Notes under the pieces: generated by a model
Database searches by the model: none
Told to the model about the DNA's origin: nothing
What the model saw: the letters and a program-made list of their open reading frames with translations, nothing else
Part shown: one piece after another, positions 23,036 through 31,924 of the stretch
Numbering within the stretch: position 1 is the stretch's first letter
Layout: each line of letters opens with the position of its first letter
Source of the DNA: an uncultured cyanobacterium
Lineage (GTDB): Bacteria; Cyanobacteriota; Cyanobacteriia; Cyanobacteriales; Nostocaceae
Direction: 5' to 3'
Length of the DNA: 64,000 nucleotides
Assembly (NCBI GenBank): GCA_963706595.1
Contig: OY970166.1
Location: 2,720,001 to 2,784,000, forward strand
Made by a program: the position numbers and the translations under genes

Positions 23036-23887
23036 CTACTGTTGCTGATTTCCACTTGATAAACTACTAGGATTAATGTTAATTAAAGGCAACGCACCAT
23101 TACCACTCATGACTGTGGGAAAACGACCATCCCATTTTTCTATGGCTTGCTTTTGTAACAAATCTGGCGTTAAAGTTAGCCGTTGTAATCTTTGCGCTTC
23201 GGCTTGACCTTTGGCGCGGTTGATATCTGCTTGGGCTTCTTGAGTCGCTTTCTGAGCAATAAACTCAGCCTGTTTAGCCTCTTGTTCTGCGATTTGTTTA
23301 GATTCAATTGCTCTACTAAACTCTGGAGAAAAGGAGAAATTCACTAAAGAAACATCATCTATAATAATACCGTAAGATGCTAAACGGTTTTCAAGATGAT
23401 TATCAATTTCTTCCTTTAATTCTGTCCTTTTCGTAATCACTTCTTCGGCTGTTTTTTTAGCAGTAGCTGCTTTTAAAACTTCCGATACTGCCGGGGTAAT
23501 AATGCCATCAATAATTAGTTTCTCATCTCCAACTTGTTGAAAAATTTTATTGACCTGCAACGGGTCAAGATGCCAGTTTACAGCCAGTTCTGTCGTGATC
23601 GTCTGGAGGTCTTTAGACGCTGCATCAGATTTAAAAGTATTTTGCTGAACGCGAACGTTGAGCCTTTTAACTGATGTGACAATTGGCATAATCGGATGTA
23701 GACCTTCGCCTAAAACTTTATCTTGAACTTTGCCAAACTGCATAAGTACACCCCGTTCACCAGCATTTACAATGGCAAAGGGACGGATTGTCATTGCCAA
23801 AAATAAGAACAATATTCCTCCGGCAATGTAAAAGCCATACTGAGATTTATTTTCCAAACTGTTGGCAATATTACGCATATTCTTCAC
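23036..23887 (-). CDS. prohibitin / SPFH (band 7) family protein
   Basis: N-terminal TM, GERGV..FG, SKDLQ, AIESKQIAEQEA coiled coil. Confidence 0.92.
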   Translation of the reverse strand: MKNMRNIANSLENKSQYGFYIAGGILFLFLAMTIRPFAIVNAGERGVLMQFGKVQDKVLGEGLHPIMPIVTSVKRLNVRVQQNTFKSDAASKDLQTITTELAVNWHLDPLQVNKIFQQVGDEKLIIDGIITPAVSEVLKAATAKKTAEEVITKRTELKEEIDNHLENRLASYGIIIDDVSLVNFSFSPEFSRAIESKQIAEQEAKQAEFIAQKATQEAQADINRAKGQAEAQRLQRLTLTPDLLQKQAIEKWDGRFPTVMSGNGALPLININPSSLSSGNQQQ

Positions 23888-24042
23888 CGTAAGATAAGTT
23901 AATATTTTTGTTGATTATTTATACATCAACAATTCTAATTGTCTCACAAGCCACACAAATTTTAAAATTCATGTAACCGTTTTATATACACCGTTATTAA
24001 TCAAAATTTCGGAAAAACACAGATTTAATTCCCTCTTTAAAT

Positions 24043-24708
24043 ATGAAGATTAATCAACATCATGCTTGGCCACTGACTGTGGAAGAAGCGATCGCCATCC
24101 AAGAAAGTTTACGAAATCAGGTAACTCGGTCAGATAAACTCAAAGAACCTGTCCAATATGTGGCTGGTGTAGATATGGGTTTTGAGTCCAATGGTACTAT
24201 TAGCCGTGCAGCAGTTGCAGTGCTAAGTTTCCCTGATTTGCAAGTTGTAGAAACCTCATTAGCGTACCGTCCGACATCATTTCCCTACATTCCCGGTTTT
24301 CTCTCATTTCGGGAAATACCAGCCGTACTTGATGCACTAGAAAAGATTCAAATTACACCAGATATTATTTTGTGTGATGGTCAAGGAATTGCTCATCCGC
24401 GCCGATTGGGCATAGCTAGTCATCTTGGGGTTATCTTGGATATGCCGACAATTGGTGTAGCAAAATCATTGCTAATTGGTAAGCATGAAGAATTATCAGA
24501 CACTAAGGGTAGCTGGCAACCATTAATACATAAAGGTGAAACTATTGGAGCAGTTTTAAGAACCCGTCAAGGAGTAAAGCCTGTATATGTCTCTATTGGT
24601 CATCGCATCAGTTTAAACACGGCAATTGACTATGTATTAAGCTGTACACCAAAATATCGCTTACCCGAAACTACACGCATTGCTGATAAATTAGCATCAG
24701 CGAGATAA
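24043..24708 (+). CDS. nfi: endonuclease V
   Basis: VAGVD, FPYIPGFLSFRE, DGQGIAHPRR, GVAKS, YRLPETTR. Confidence 0.97.
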   Translation: MKINQHHAWPLTVEEAIAIQESLRNQVTRSDKLKEPVQYVAGVDMGFESNGTISRAAVAVLSFPDLQVVETSLAYRPTSFPYIPGFLSFREIPAVLDALEKIQITPDIILCDGQGIAHPRRLGIASHLGVILDMPTIGVAKSLLIGKHEELSDTKGSWQPLIHKGETIGAVLRTRQGVKPVYVSIGHRISLNTAIDYVLSCTPKYRLPETTRIADKLASAR

Positions 24709-24799
24709 CCTAAACACTTGCTTACTCTGGCTGAATCGTGTTAGGAATGGCACAGAGGGAAGTTGAAGTAACTAAATAATTATTATTTAACTGACAAAG

Positions 24800-25339
24800 A
24801 TGAACACACTAACTTTACAGTGGCACGATACAGGCCAAGATAGAGTTCAGAATATTTATGAACACCAGCCCAGTAAAAATCCTAGCACCGTCCGCATTGG
24901 TCGAGATCCCATGCGGTGTGACATTATTTTGAGTCACCCGACTGTATCCGGTTTACACGTAGAAATATTTTTTCACAATCAGCAGCAATGCTTTTATATC
25001 AGAAATTTGCGATCGCCTAATCCCCCAATGATCGATGGACAGCAATTAGTCCAAGGTGAAATGCCTTTACGCGAAGGCAGTATTATTTATTTGGGTCAAG
25101 CAAAACTTCAAATTACAGCCGTTGCTATTAACAACATTCCAGCCACAATTTTAACACCACCACAACTGAGTCATAATCACCATCCACCCACACCCCCAGC
25201 ACCACCACAAGGAGTTTATGGTTTAGAGTGTCCCAAATGTCATAAAGTTTCCCCTGTAGAAAATCTGCAAATTGGCTGTCCTTGGTGTGGAACATCTTTA
25301 GCCGCATCAGTAAGCGTGTTAGTAGCACCCAATTATTAG
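24800..25339 (+). CDS. FHA-domain protein with C-terminal zinc ribbon
   Basis: IGRD..CDI..VSGLH FHA; Pro-rich linker; CPKC..CPWC. Confidence 0.88.
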   Translation: MNTLTLQWHDTGQDRVQNIYEHQPSKNPSTVRIGRDPMRCDIILSHPTVSGLHVEIFFHNQQQCFYIRNLRSPNPPMIDGQQLVQGEMPLREGSIIYLGQAKLQITAVAINNIPATILTPPQLSHNHHPPTPPAPPQGVYGLECPKCHKVSPVENLQIGCPWCGTSLAASVSVLVAPNY

Positions 25340-25433
25340 GGGAGTGGGGAGTGGGGAGTCGGGAGTGGGGGGGAAGGATTGTAACTTCCTAATGACAAAT
25401 GACCAATGACAAATGACCAATGACAAATGACTA
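25339..25433. repeat. STRR clusters (GGGAGTG)n and (AATGAC[A/C])n
   Basis: Seen directly; the last unit supplies the ATG at 25427. Confidence 0.85.
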
Positions 25434-27382
25434 ATCCACAAATTCAATTCAGTTGGGAAGATCCAGCAACGGGGGAACGGCGAGAACCAAGTTTGAGTGC
25501 GCCTATAGCTTTTGGTCGTGAATTTGCCCGTTTACCTGCTGAACTTCAAGGACAGCGTGTAGCGAGAATGCTGCTTAACAGCAATGAAATTTCCCGTTAT
25601 CATGCTCTCATTGATTGGGAACAAAACCAGCTCGTAGTCATTGACCAAGGTAGCGTTAACGGCGTATTTATTAACGGTCAACGACAAAACCGTGGTTTTT
25701 TAGCTAACGGTGATACATTACAAATTGGCCCTTACATGATGACGGTGATGTTTGGTGTTAACTCCACCAGCCAAGCTACCAGTGTGCCGTCAATGATTCA
25801 ATTTAACCCCAATACTAATATTCCTGACCCTGGCTTGCCTCCATCTCGTCCAATAACACCTTTAGGAAGTAATTTTCCGCCACCAGCATTTCAGGCTGAA
25901 TTGGTAGCAGTACAAGCACTTCACGCCACAGGTTTACCCGTAGATGAATGCGACTATCTGGCAGTTGGGGCGGGATTAGGTAGTTTTATTTGGGTTGATT
26001 TGCTGCGACTTAGTGGTGTACGGGCTGAAAAAATCCTCGCTTTGGGATTAGACGGACAACCTTATGCGCGTTACAAATCTCTCTGTCTGAACTCGCAAAT
26101 CCCCTTACATGAAAGATTGCGATCTAATTCTGATTCTTGTCCTGATAATATTTGGGGTTGGCCTAGTTATGCCTTGCGAGAAGCTGGGCGGGATGTGACT
26201 GAAGGTAAGGTAAATTCAGCATTCAAATATTTGTGGCAAGTTTTCGCTGAACCCACCTTTGCCGAAACTTATACACCTCGTGCGGGTAATGTCTTCGATT
26301 CCATAGACCGGGAAGTTAAGCGCATTGGCTGGAATCAAATTTATCGTTATGGGCGTGTGAGGGCTATTCGCAAAACTGATGATGGCAGATATTGTGTAGC
26401 CTATTCTCGCAGTCCGGGAAATTACGCTTTTATAGTTAGTCGTTATTTACATTTAGCTACTGGGTATCCCGCAATTCAATTTCTCCCAGATTTGCAAGCT
26501 TATAGAGGAAAATATCAAGATTTTAAGTCTGTTGTCAATGCTTATGAAGCCCACGATCATGTTTATCAGCAACTAGAACAACAAGGTGGGACGGTGTTGA
26601 TTCGTGGTAGGGGAATTGTGGCTTCGCGGATTATCCAAAGAATTTATGAGGCGAGAAAGCACAATCGTAATATTACAGTTTTGCATTTAATGCGATCGCC
26701 TAAACCCCAAGGCAACAAATTTCAAAAAGCCCAACGTTCAGTCAAAAATCATTACGAATTTCAGCCCTTTAACTGGCCAAAAGCTTGTTGGGGCGGAGAA
26801 CTCCGCGTCATGCTCGAAAAAGCTACCCCTGACGAACGCCAGCGCCTACTAGCAGACTGGGGCGGGACTACCACCGCCGACCGCCAAGACTGGCAGCAAA
26901 TGACAGATCAAGGACTAAGTGAAGGCTGGTATCAAATAACCTTTGGTGAAGTAAAAGCTGTAGAACAAGATACTCAAAACCATACTATTACCCATATCCA
27001 GGAAAAAGGCTTGGGAGAAATGAAACTAGCCGCAGACTTTATTATTGATGCTACCGGACTGGATGCCAAAGTCGAAGCCAGCCCCCTACTAGAAGATATT
27101 GTTAAACATTACAACTTACCCCTAAATTATCTAGGGCGTTTAGTTGTCACCAATAATTTTGAAATTCCCGAACTGCGGAATGGCAAAGGACAGATATATG
27201 CATCCGGAGCAATTACACTGGGTGGCCCTTATGCAGCCGTTGATAGTTTCCTCGGTTTGCAATATTCCGCATTAGTCGCCGTTGATGGACTCGCCGCCTC
27301 CCGTGCGCCCGGACTTCACCGTTTAAATATGCTAACTTCTTTTGGGCAGTGGTTAAAGTGGGTATTTAATCAATCACCATAA
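25427..27382 (+). CDS. FHA domain fused to an FAD/NAD(P)-dependent oxidoreductase (class B monooxygenase-like)
   Basis: FHA: FGRE..ISRYH..SVNG; flavoprotein: LAVGAGLG, LHLATGY, IRGRG, FIIDATG. Confidence 0.8.
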   Translation: MTNPQIQFSWEDPATGERREPSLSAPIAFGREFARLPAELQGQRVARMLLNSNEISRYHALIDWEQNQLVVIDQGSVNGVFINGQRQNRGFLANGDTLQIGPYMMTVMFGVNSTSQATSVPSMIQFNPNTNIPDPGLPPSRPITPLGSNFPPPAFQAELVAVQALHATGLPVDECDYLAVGAGLGSFIWVDLLRLSGVRAEKILALGLDGQPYARYKSLCLNSQIPLHERLRSNSDSCPDNIWGWPSYALREAGRDVTEGKVNSAFKYLWQVFAEPTFAETYTPRAGNVFDSIDREVKRIGWNQIYRYGRVRAIRKTDDGRYCVAYSRSPGNYAFIVSRYLHLATGYPAIQFLPDLQAYRGKYQDFKSVVNAYEAHDHVYQQLEQQGGTVLIRGRGIVASRIIQRIYEARKHNRNITVLHLMRSPKPQGNKFQKAQRSVKNHYEFQPFNWPKACWGGELRVMLEKATPDERQRLLADWGGTTTADRQDWQQMTDQGLSEGWYQITFGEVKAVEQDTQNHTITHIQEKGLGEMKLAADFIIDATGLDAKVEASPLLEDIVKHYNLPLNYLGRLVVTNNFEIPELRNGKGQIYASGAITLGGPYAAVDSFLGLQYSALVAVDGLAASRAPGLHRLNMLTSFGQWLKWVFNQSP

Positions 27383-27405
27383 TTCGTAATTCGTAATTCG
27401 TAATT
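27380..27405. repeat. STRR heptamer (TAATTCG)n
   Basis: taattcgtaattcgtaattcgtaatt. Confidence 0.85.
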
Positions 27406-27507
27406 GAGCCAATATCTGAAGTTTGCCGGATGAAGGTTAAGGAAGATACGCTTTAATGGTGTAGAAATGTGTAGAATCTTGTAAAGATATAAAAAACAGC
27501 CTTTAAA

Positions 27508-28206
27508 ATGCAAACATTCGAGCTTTCTTCCTCAATGCAGCTGGTAGAACCACCCAAACAATGTCAGCCTTTGAAGATTATCGCCCTGGGGGATAGCTTA
27601 GTATATGGCTTTGGCGACCCAGAAACAGGCGGTTGGGTTGAGCAATTACGGCGATGGTGGATGTTACCGGATAGTTCTGGTCATGTATTATATAATTTGG
27701 GAGTGAGAGGCGATCGCACCCAGCAAGTAGCACAAAGATTAGAAGTAGAATTTCGCCATCGAGGTGAACTGCGAAATCGTCTTCCCGACATGATTATCCT
27801 CTCTGTAGGTGTCAATGATTCTGCCAAATTAAAACGCCCCAACGGCCGAAATTATACAGATTTTGACCTATTTGAATCAGAAATTAGTGTCTTACTAGAA
27901 CAAGCACAGCAACTCTGTCCAGTGTTATTCGTAGGGATGGTTCCTGTAAATGAAGCCAAGATGCCATTTCTAGATTGCTTTTATTATAATCACGAAGATC
28001 AGTACCGTTATAAAGAAGCTACTAAACTTGCTTGCAGTCAACGGCAAATTCCTTACTTAGATATTTTCGACAAATGGATGGCGCGTGATCAATTTTGGCG
28101 CTTACAACGCCTAAGTGCAGATGGTCTTCACCCCAACACACTAGGCTATCAAACTTTGTTAGAAAATGTGATTAATTGGGAACCACTAACAGCCTATCAT
28201 ATTTAA
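27508..28206 (+). CDS. GDSL/SGNH hydrolase
   Basis: GDSL, NLGVRG, GVND, DGLHPN. Confidence 0.92.
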   Translation: MQTFELSSSMQLVEPPKQCQPLKIIALGDSLVYGFGDPETGGWVEQLRRWWMLPDSSGHVLYNLGVRGDRTQQVAQRLEVEFRHRGELRNRLPDMIILSVGVNDSAKLKRPNGRNYTDFDLFESEISVLLEQAQQLCPVLFVGMVPVNEAKMPFLDCFYYNHEDQYRYKEATKLACSQRQIPYLDIFDKWMARDQFWRLQRLSADGLHPNTLGYQTLLENVINWEPLTAYHI

Positions 28207-28347
28207 CTATAGAACTCCTGTTTGATTTCTGTTGGCGTAGCCTGCGCTTTGCGCTTACAACTAGAAAAGCTGTTTCCCACTCCCCACTCCCCACTCCCCA
28301 CTCCCCACCTACGCAAGTAAGTTGAAAAATCAAAGCAGATTACTATA
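28207..28347. mobile_element. MITE-like miniature element with imperfect terminal inverted repeats
   Basis: Left CTATAG..TTTGATTT, right AAATCAAA..ACTATA; shares an identical 39-bp block with 29565..29603. Confidence 0.55.
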
Positions 28348-28781
28348 TGACACCAACTTTATTTGGGCGTTGGCAAACTCGATTACTACTACTTATAACT
28401 GTAGGCGTATTAGTATCATTACCTTTTGCAATGGGCTTAATTGGCCCTGGTGCAAACTCGGTTTATTTCTGGATACTAGGCTATGTCGCCATCTTTGGCT
28501 TAATCTGGGATGTGCTTTATAATTATCTGCAAAAATCTCGTTGGGATAGAGACTGGCCAGCTGCTTATCAACTGGTTGCTGGTATTTGGGAATTAGGGTT
28601 TATCTTCTGTGGGGTAAAAATTTTTGGCTTCTTACCAATACCAATACCAAAAGCAGAACTAACATTAGGAGATTTTTTACTACACTATAGCCTAGTCTGG
28701 CTAGCAGTTTTTATTACCTCGCAAAGCCTAATGCGAATTATCTTTCCCCGTTGGCGTTTCCGAGGAGGCCAGTGGTTATAA
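28347..28781 (+). CDS. conserved membrane protein of unknown function
   Basis: About 4 hydrophobic segments; MTPTLFGRWQTR, RWDRDWP, PRWRFRGG. Confidence 0.82.
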   Translation: MTPTLFGRWQTRLLLLITVGVLVSLPFAMGLIGPGANSVYFWILGYVAIFGLIWDVLYNYLQKSRWDRDWPAAYQLVAGIWELGFIFCGVKIFGFLPIPIPKAELTLGDFLLHYSLVWLAVFITSQSLMRIIFPRWRFRGGQWL

Positions 28782-28959
28782 GTTTTCCAGTCATTTCGCT
28801 TCTAACTGAGTAGCAAAAATCAAAATAATTAAATTTTAATTAATATAAATGAATTATTTTTGCTTCTTCCAGAAACTTAGGAGATAATTGCCACATTCAG
28901 ACATCTGGTGACAATATACCGGATGCGATCGCAGATTTATAGAATGTGATATGTCTGCA

Positions 28960-29211
28960 TTATTTAGATTTTTTAGCTGGAGTTGAGCGGTAACTACTAA
29001 CGTATTGACCATGAATATTCACGCCGTAGGGAACTAGGTAACTGATTGTTGCAGATATCCAACGGTCGCTACTCATTTCACCTTGCCAAACAGCCCTGCC
29101 ATGATTGATTATAAATAAGATAGAGCCAACAATCAATGCAACTTTTACTGCTGTTTTCATCAATTTTGGTTCAACTAAACTAGCAAAATAGCCTTTAACA
29201 AACTTAGACAT
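28960..29211 (-). CDS. nrtS: NrtS-type small nitrate/nitrite transporter
   Basis: AVKVALIVGSILFIINHG..YLVPYGVNIHGQ. Confidence 0.82.
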   Translation of the reverse strand: MSKFVKGYFASLVEPKLMKTAVKVALIVGSILFIINHGRAVWQGEMSSDRWISATISYLVPYGVNIHGQYVSSYRSTPAKKSK

Positions 29212-29252
29212 TGTTACCTAACTTTGGGATTATCTAGATACAGCAGATTGTT

Positions 29253-29379
29253 ATACCAATTTAATATAAAGATGCATAAATAAATAAAATTTAACCAGAA
29301 ATCTAGTTCCCCTCCTCGCTTGCGGGGAGGGGTTAGGGGTGGGGTTGAAATAATATGCAGCCTCACAAATAATTGGTAT
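29253..29379. mobile_element. MITE-like element with ATACCAATT/AATTGGTAT ends and a GC-rich palindromic core
   Basis: Core 29309..29332 has an exact inverted copy at 51337..51360. Confidence 0.55.
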
Positions 29380-29429
29380 TAGATTCAAACTCTCAGTCAG
29401 CGCAAAATTATTTAACCTCACGGAATGTA

Positions 29430-29614
29430 CTATAGCAATCCGATTTGATTATTGAAAAAATCTAAGTATATGTAGGGTGTGTTATCACGAAGTGTAACGC
29501 ACCAAGACCCACAAGACGGTGCGTTAGGCTAAAGCCATAACACACCCTACTGGCTCCCCACTCTCCACTCCCCACCTACGCAAGTAAGTTGAAAAATCAA
29601 AGCCGATTACTACA
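29430..29614. mobile_element. MITE-like element with a nested REP-like double hairpin
   Basis: Ends TATAGCAATCCGATTTGATT / AATCAAAGCCGATTACTACA; inner GTAGGGTGTGTTAT (29472) pairs with ATAACACACCCTAC (29537). Confidence 0.6.
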
Positions 29615-29638
29615 TAACAATCAAAAGAATAAAAATTA

Positions 29639-30406
29639 ATGTCCAAAAGACTATCCATTAGGCAATTGTGGCAAACTCACCATCATTTCTTGGGCTTGTA
29701 TGCAGTACTTGCCCTGCAAGCTGGTAGTAGTGTCGCCGCACCAGTAGCCAGATTAAATAATTGGCGCTTTTACCCAAAAGCTGTAAAACTAGAAATCAAC
29801 CTCTCAGCCAGCATAACACCCGAATATTTCTACCTACCCGAACCGCCTCGTTTGGTTGTGGATTTGCCAAACACTAAGTTAGGTAATGTTTCCACTACAC
29901 AAAATTATGTTGGCGCAATTCAGAGAATTCGTGTTGCCCAATTAAATGAAACTGTAACTCGAATTGTTATGGATTTAGCCCCCGGAAATTTTGTAGATTC
30001 CAACCAAGTTCAACTACAACCAGTTTCTCGACAAAACCCCACGCGCTGGGTGTTAATTCCTAAAATTACTACTTATATTCCCCCTACACAACCGGAAAAT
30101 TTTCAGTCTTTACCCAACCTAGAGCCAAGTAATTATCAACAGTTACCCAGTACCTTATCTCCAATAACTCCTAACTCACAGCAACCCTTTGTGACTGTAC
30201 CTCCCTTGAATCCTCGCAACTCGTCTCAATTACCAGATTCTATTCTTCCTCCAGCTAGTTTTCCCCAGCAACCTAGTAACTTAAATAGCATTCCCTCTCA
30301 AACAAATCCTGATTTTTCAGTTCCGACAATGCCCAATTATCAACCAGATGTTTCAAATATAGAGGTGATTGAGTTTGGTCAACCCCTGCCCAAACCCAAC
30401 TACTAA
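29639..30406 (+). CDS. AMIN-domain protein with Pro/Gln-rich tail
   Basis: Signal peptide, PPRLVVDLP, IRVAQ..TRIVMDL, IEFGQPLP. Confidence 0.87.
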   Translation: MSKRLSIRQLWQTHHHFLGLYAVLALQAGSSVAAPVARLNNWRFYPKAVKLEINLSASITPEYFYLPEPPRLVVDLPNTKLGNVSTTQNYVGAIQRIRVAQLNETVTRIVMDLAPGNFVDSNQVQLQPVSRQNPTRWVLIPKITTYIPPTQPENFQSLPNLEPSNYQQLPSTLSPITPNSQQPFVTVPPLNPRNSSQLPDSILPPASFPQQPSNLNSIPSQTNPDFSVPTMPNYQPDVSNIEVIEFGQPLPKPNY

Positions 30407-30429
30407 TTTGGTAAAATTTCACAATTCAA

Positions 30430-30969
30430 CTAAAATCTATCTGTTTCTTGAGGTTGTGTAACTGCTCCTGGTTGAGAGGTAAAGAAATTTTGAGCCGCCT
30501 GATTTTGGTAGATACATCTAATATCAGGGTTTTCGCTTTCCAAAGTACCAGTAAAGCCAAAAGTGTTGAGGCGATTTTTACATTCTCTGACCTGATTAGA
30601 TGTCACAAGGTTACGCTGTTCTAAAATTGCCCAGTTATTTTGCCGCAGAACGCACCCAGGACGCATACTTGGTTGAGCTACATAGACATTAAACGGGTTG
30701 AGAGTCACGAACAGTCTCGCGTCCATCACCATTGCACTTGCTCCATTCTGCACGCAAATCTCAGGGTTTGGCGCTCTATTGTCAATGAATTCACGAGAAG
30801 CCACATTTGATGGCGTTAAAGTGGTTGTGGAGCTAAAGGCAATTCCAATACCAATACCTAACACCAGCACTCCTGCCAAAATGGCGATAGTAGAGATGTT
30901 GAACAAAGATGGTTGTGAAGCCGAAGATTTAGAAGTAGTAGCCGATCTACCAGTAGATTTACGTCTCAT
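30430..30969 (-). CDS. DUF3172-like conserved cyanobacterial protein
   Basis: Single TM; NVASREFID, CVQ.GASA, TLNPF, PGCVL, NTFGF. Confidence 0.8.
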   Translation of the reverse strand: MRRKSTGRSATTSKSSASQPSLFNISTIAILAGVLVLGIGIGIAFSSTTTLTPSNVASREFIDNRAPNPEICVQNGASAMVMDARLFVTLNPFNVYVAQPSMRPGCVLRQNNWAILEQRNLVTSNQVRECKNRLNTFGFTGTLESENPDIRCIYQNQAAQNFFTSQPGAVTQPQETDRF

Positions 30970-31096
30970 TTTGCTCTGTTCACCTTCACGCCTGAGAAAG
31001 TAGGGAGTGGTCTAAACTTTTATCCCTTTTACAGTATGCCGATTTTTAATTGTAGTTGTCTGTAATTGGGGCGATCGCACCTCCAACAAATTTGAT

Positions 31097-31243
31097 CTGA
31101 CTTTTCACGGGATCTGGAAAACCCCGCTTCCATTCCTCTCCCCTGCAAGGAGACAGGCTTTAAGTTTTCCCCCTTCCCTCGTAGGGAAGGGGGTTAGGGG
31201 GTTAGGTTTCGCGTTAGCCTTTCCACATAACGTGAAAAGTCAG
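31097..31243. mobile_element. 147-bp MITE-like element with perfect 13-bp terminal inverted repeats
   Basis: CTGACTTTTCACG .. CGTGAAAAGTCAG; inner CCCCCTTCCCT..AGGGAAGGGGG palindrome. Confidence 0.7.
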
Positions 31244-31278
31244 GAAATTTGAGAAATAGCGATCGCCCAGCTAAATCA

Positions 31279-31767
31279 TTACACAGCTAGATAGCTGGCA
31301 GAGTATGTCTCTTTGAGAGATTTCCAACGGAAAGCGCGATCGCCTCCTCTCTCAACTACCACTTTTACTCTCGGTTCCAAACTAGGCAAAGTCGTTAAAA
31401 ACTCCACCTCCTGATCCGCCAGAATCTGCCCTTCAATAATCCACAACACCAAACCCTTCGATTTTGGTGGTAGCTGTTCCAGATTATAAGTAACAATCGG
31501 TGGTATGTAATACACATAACCCACCGCCGCACCACTACCAGTGCTTTTTTTACCCAGGTGAGGAGGTCTCACACCATGAACTCCTGTGAGATAGGCAGCT
31601 ACGTCGCCCAGTCCCCTAGCAGTAATCATCAGATTCCCATAGCCAGTAGCCCGTAATCGGCGGCGATATCGACCTTCAAAACCTCCTTCCAGAGGTACAT
31701 AAACACCAAGGGAACCAAATTTCTCCAAATCGCGGATGAAAGCGTTGCCAGTGGTAATCAGTGCCAT
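31279..31767 (-). CDS. ndhN: NAD(P)H-quinone oxidoreductase subunit N
   Basis: PLEGGFEGRYRRRLR, ARGLGD, HGVRPPHLGK. Confidence 0.95.
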   Translation of the reverse strand: MALITTGNAFIRDLEKFGSLGVYVPLEGGFEGRYRRRLRATGYGNLMITARGLGDVAAYLTGVHGVRPPHLGKKSTGSGAAVGYVYYIPPIVTYNLEQLPPKSKGLVLWIIEGQILADQEVEFLTTLPSLEPRVKVVVERGGDRAFRWKSLKETYSASYLAV

Positions 31768-31889
31768 AATTTTTCGTCCTATCCCACTTAGATATCTCTA
31801 TTATTCACCCTCAACCAAGATTAGGTTAAAGTATTGAAGCCCGAAAGCCCAACTGATCATCTTTAATCAAAAACTATTTTAAATATTTA

Positions 31890-31918
31890 TAGACAAAACT
31901 CAATAGATGATTTATTAT
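31890..31918 (+). promoter_or_regulatory. putative promoter of the ribosomal protein operon
   Basis: TAGACA-17 nt-TATTAT. Confidence 0.55.
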
Positions 31919-31924
31919 ATTAGA

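Noticed and set aside
25339..25433. Tandem repeats as a possible CRISPR array
   Set aside because: 7-nt units without unique spacers; no cas genes in the window
29212..29260. NtcA box upstream of nrtS
   Set aside because: No GTA-N8-TAC match found
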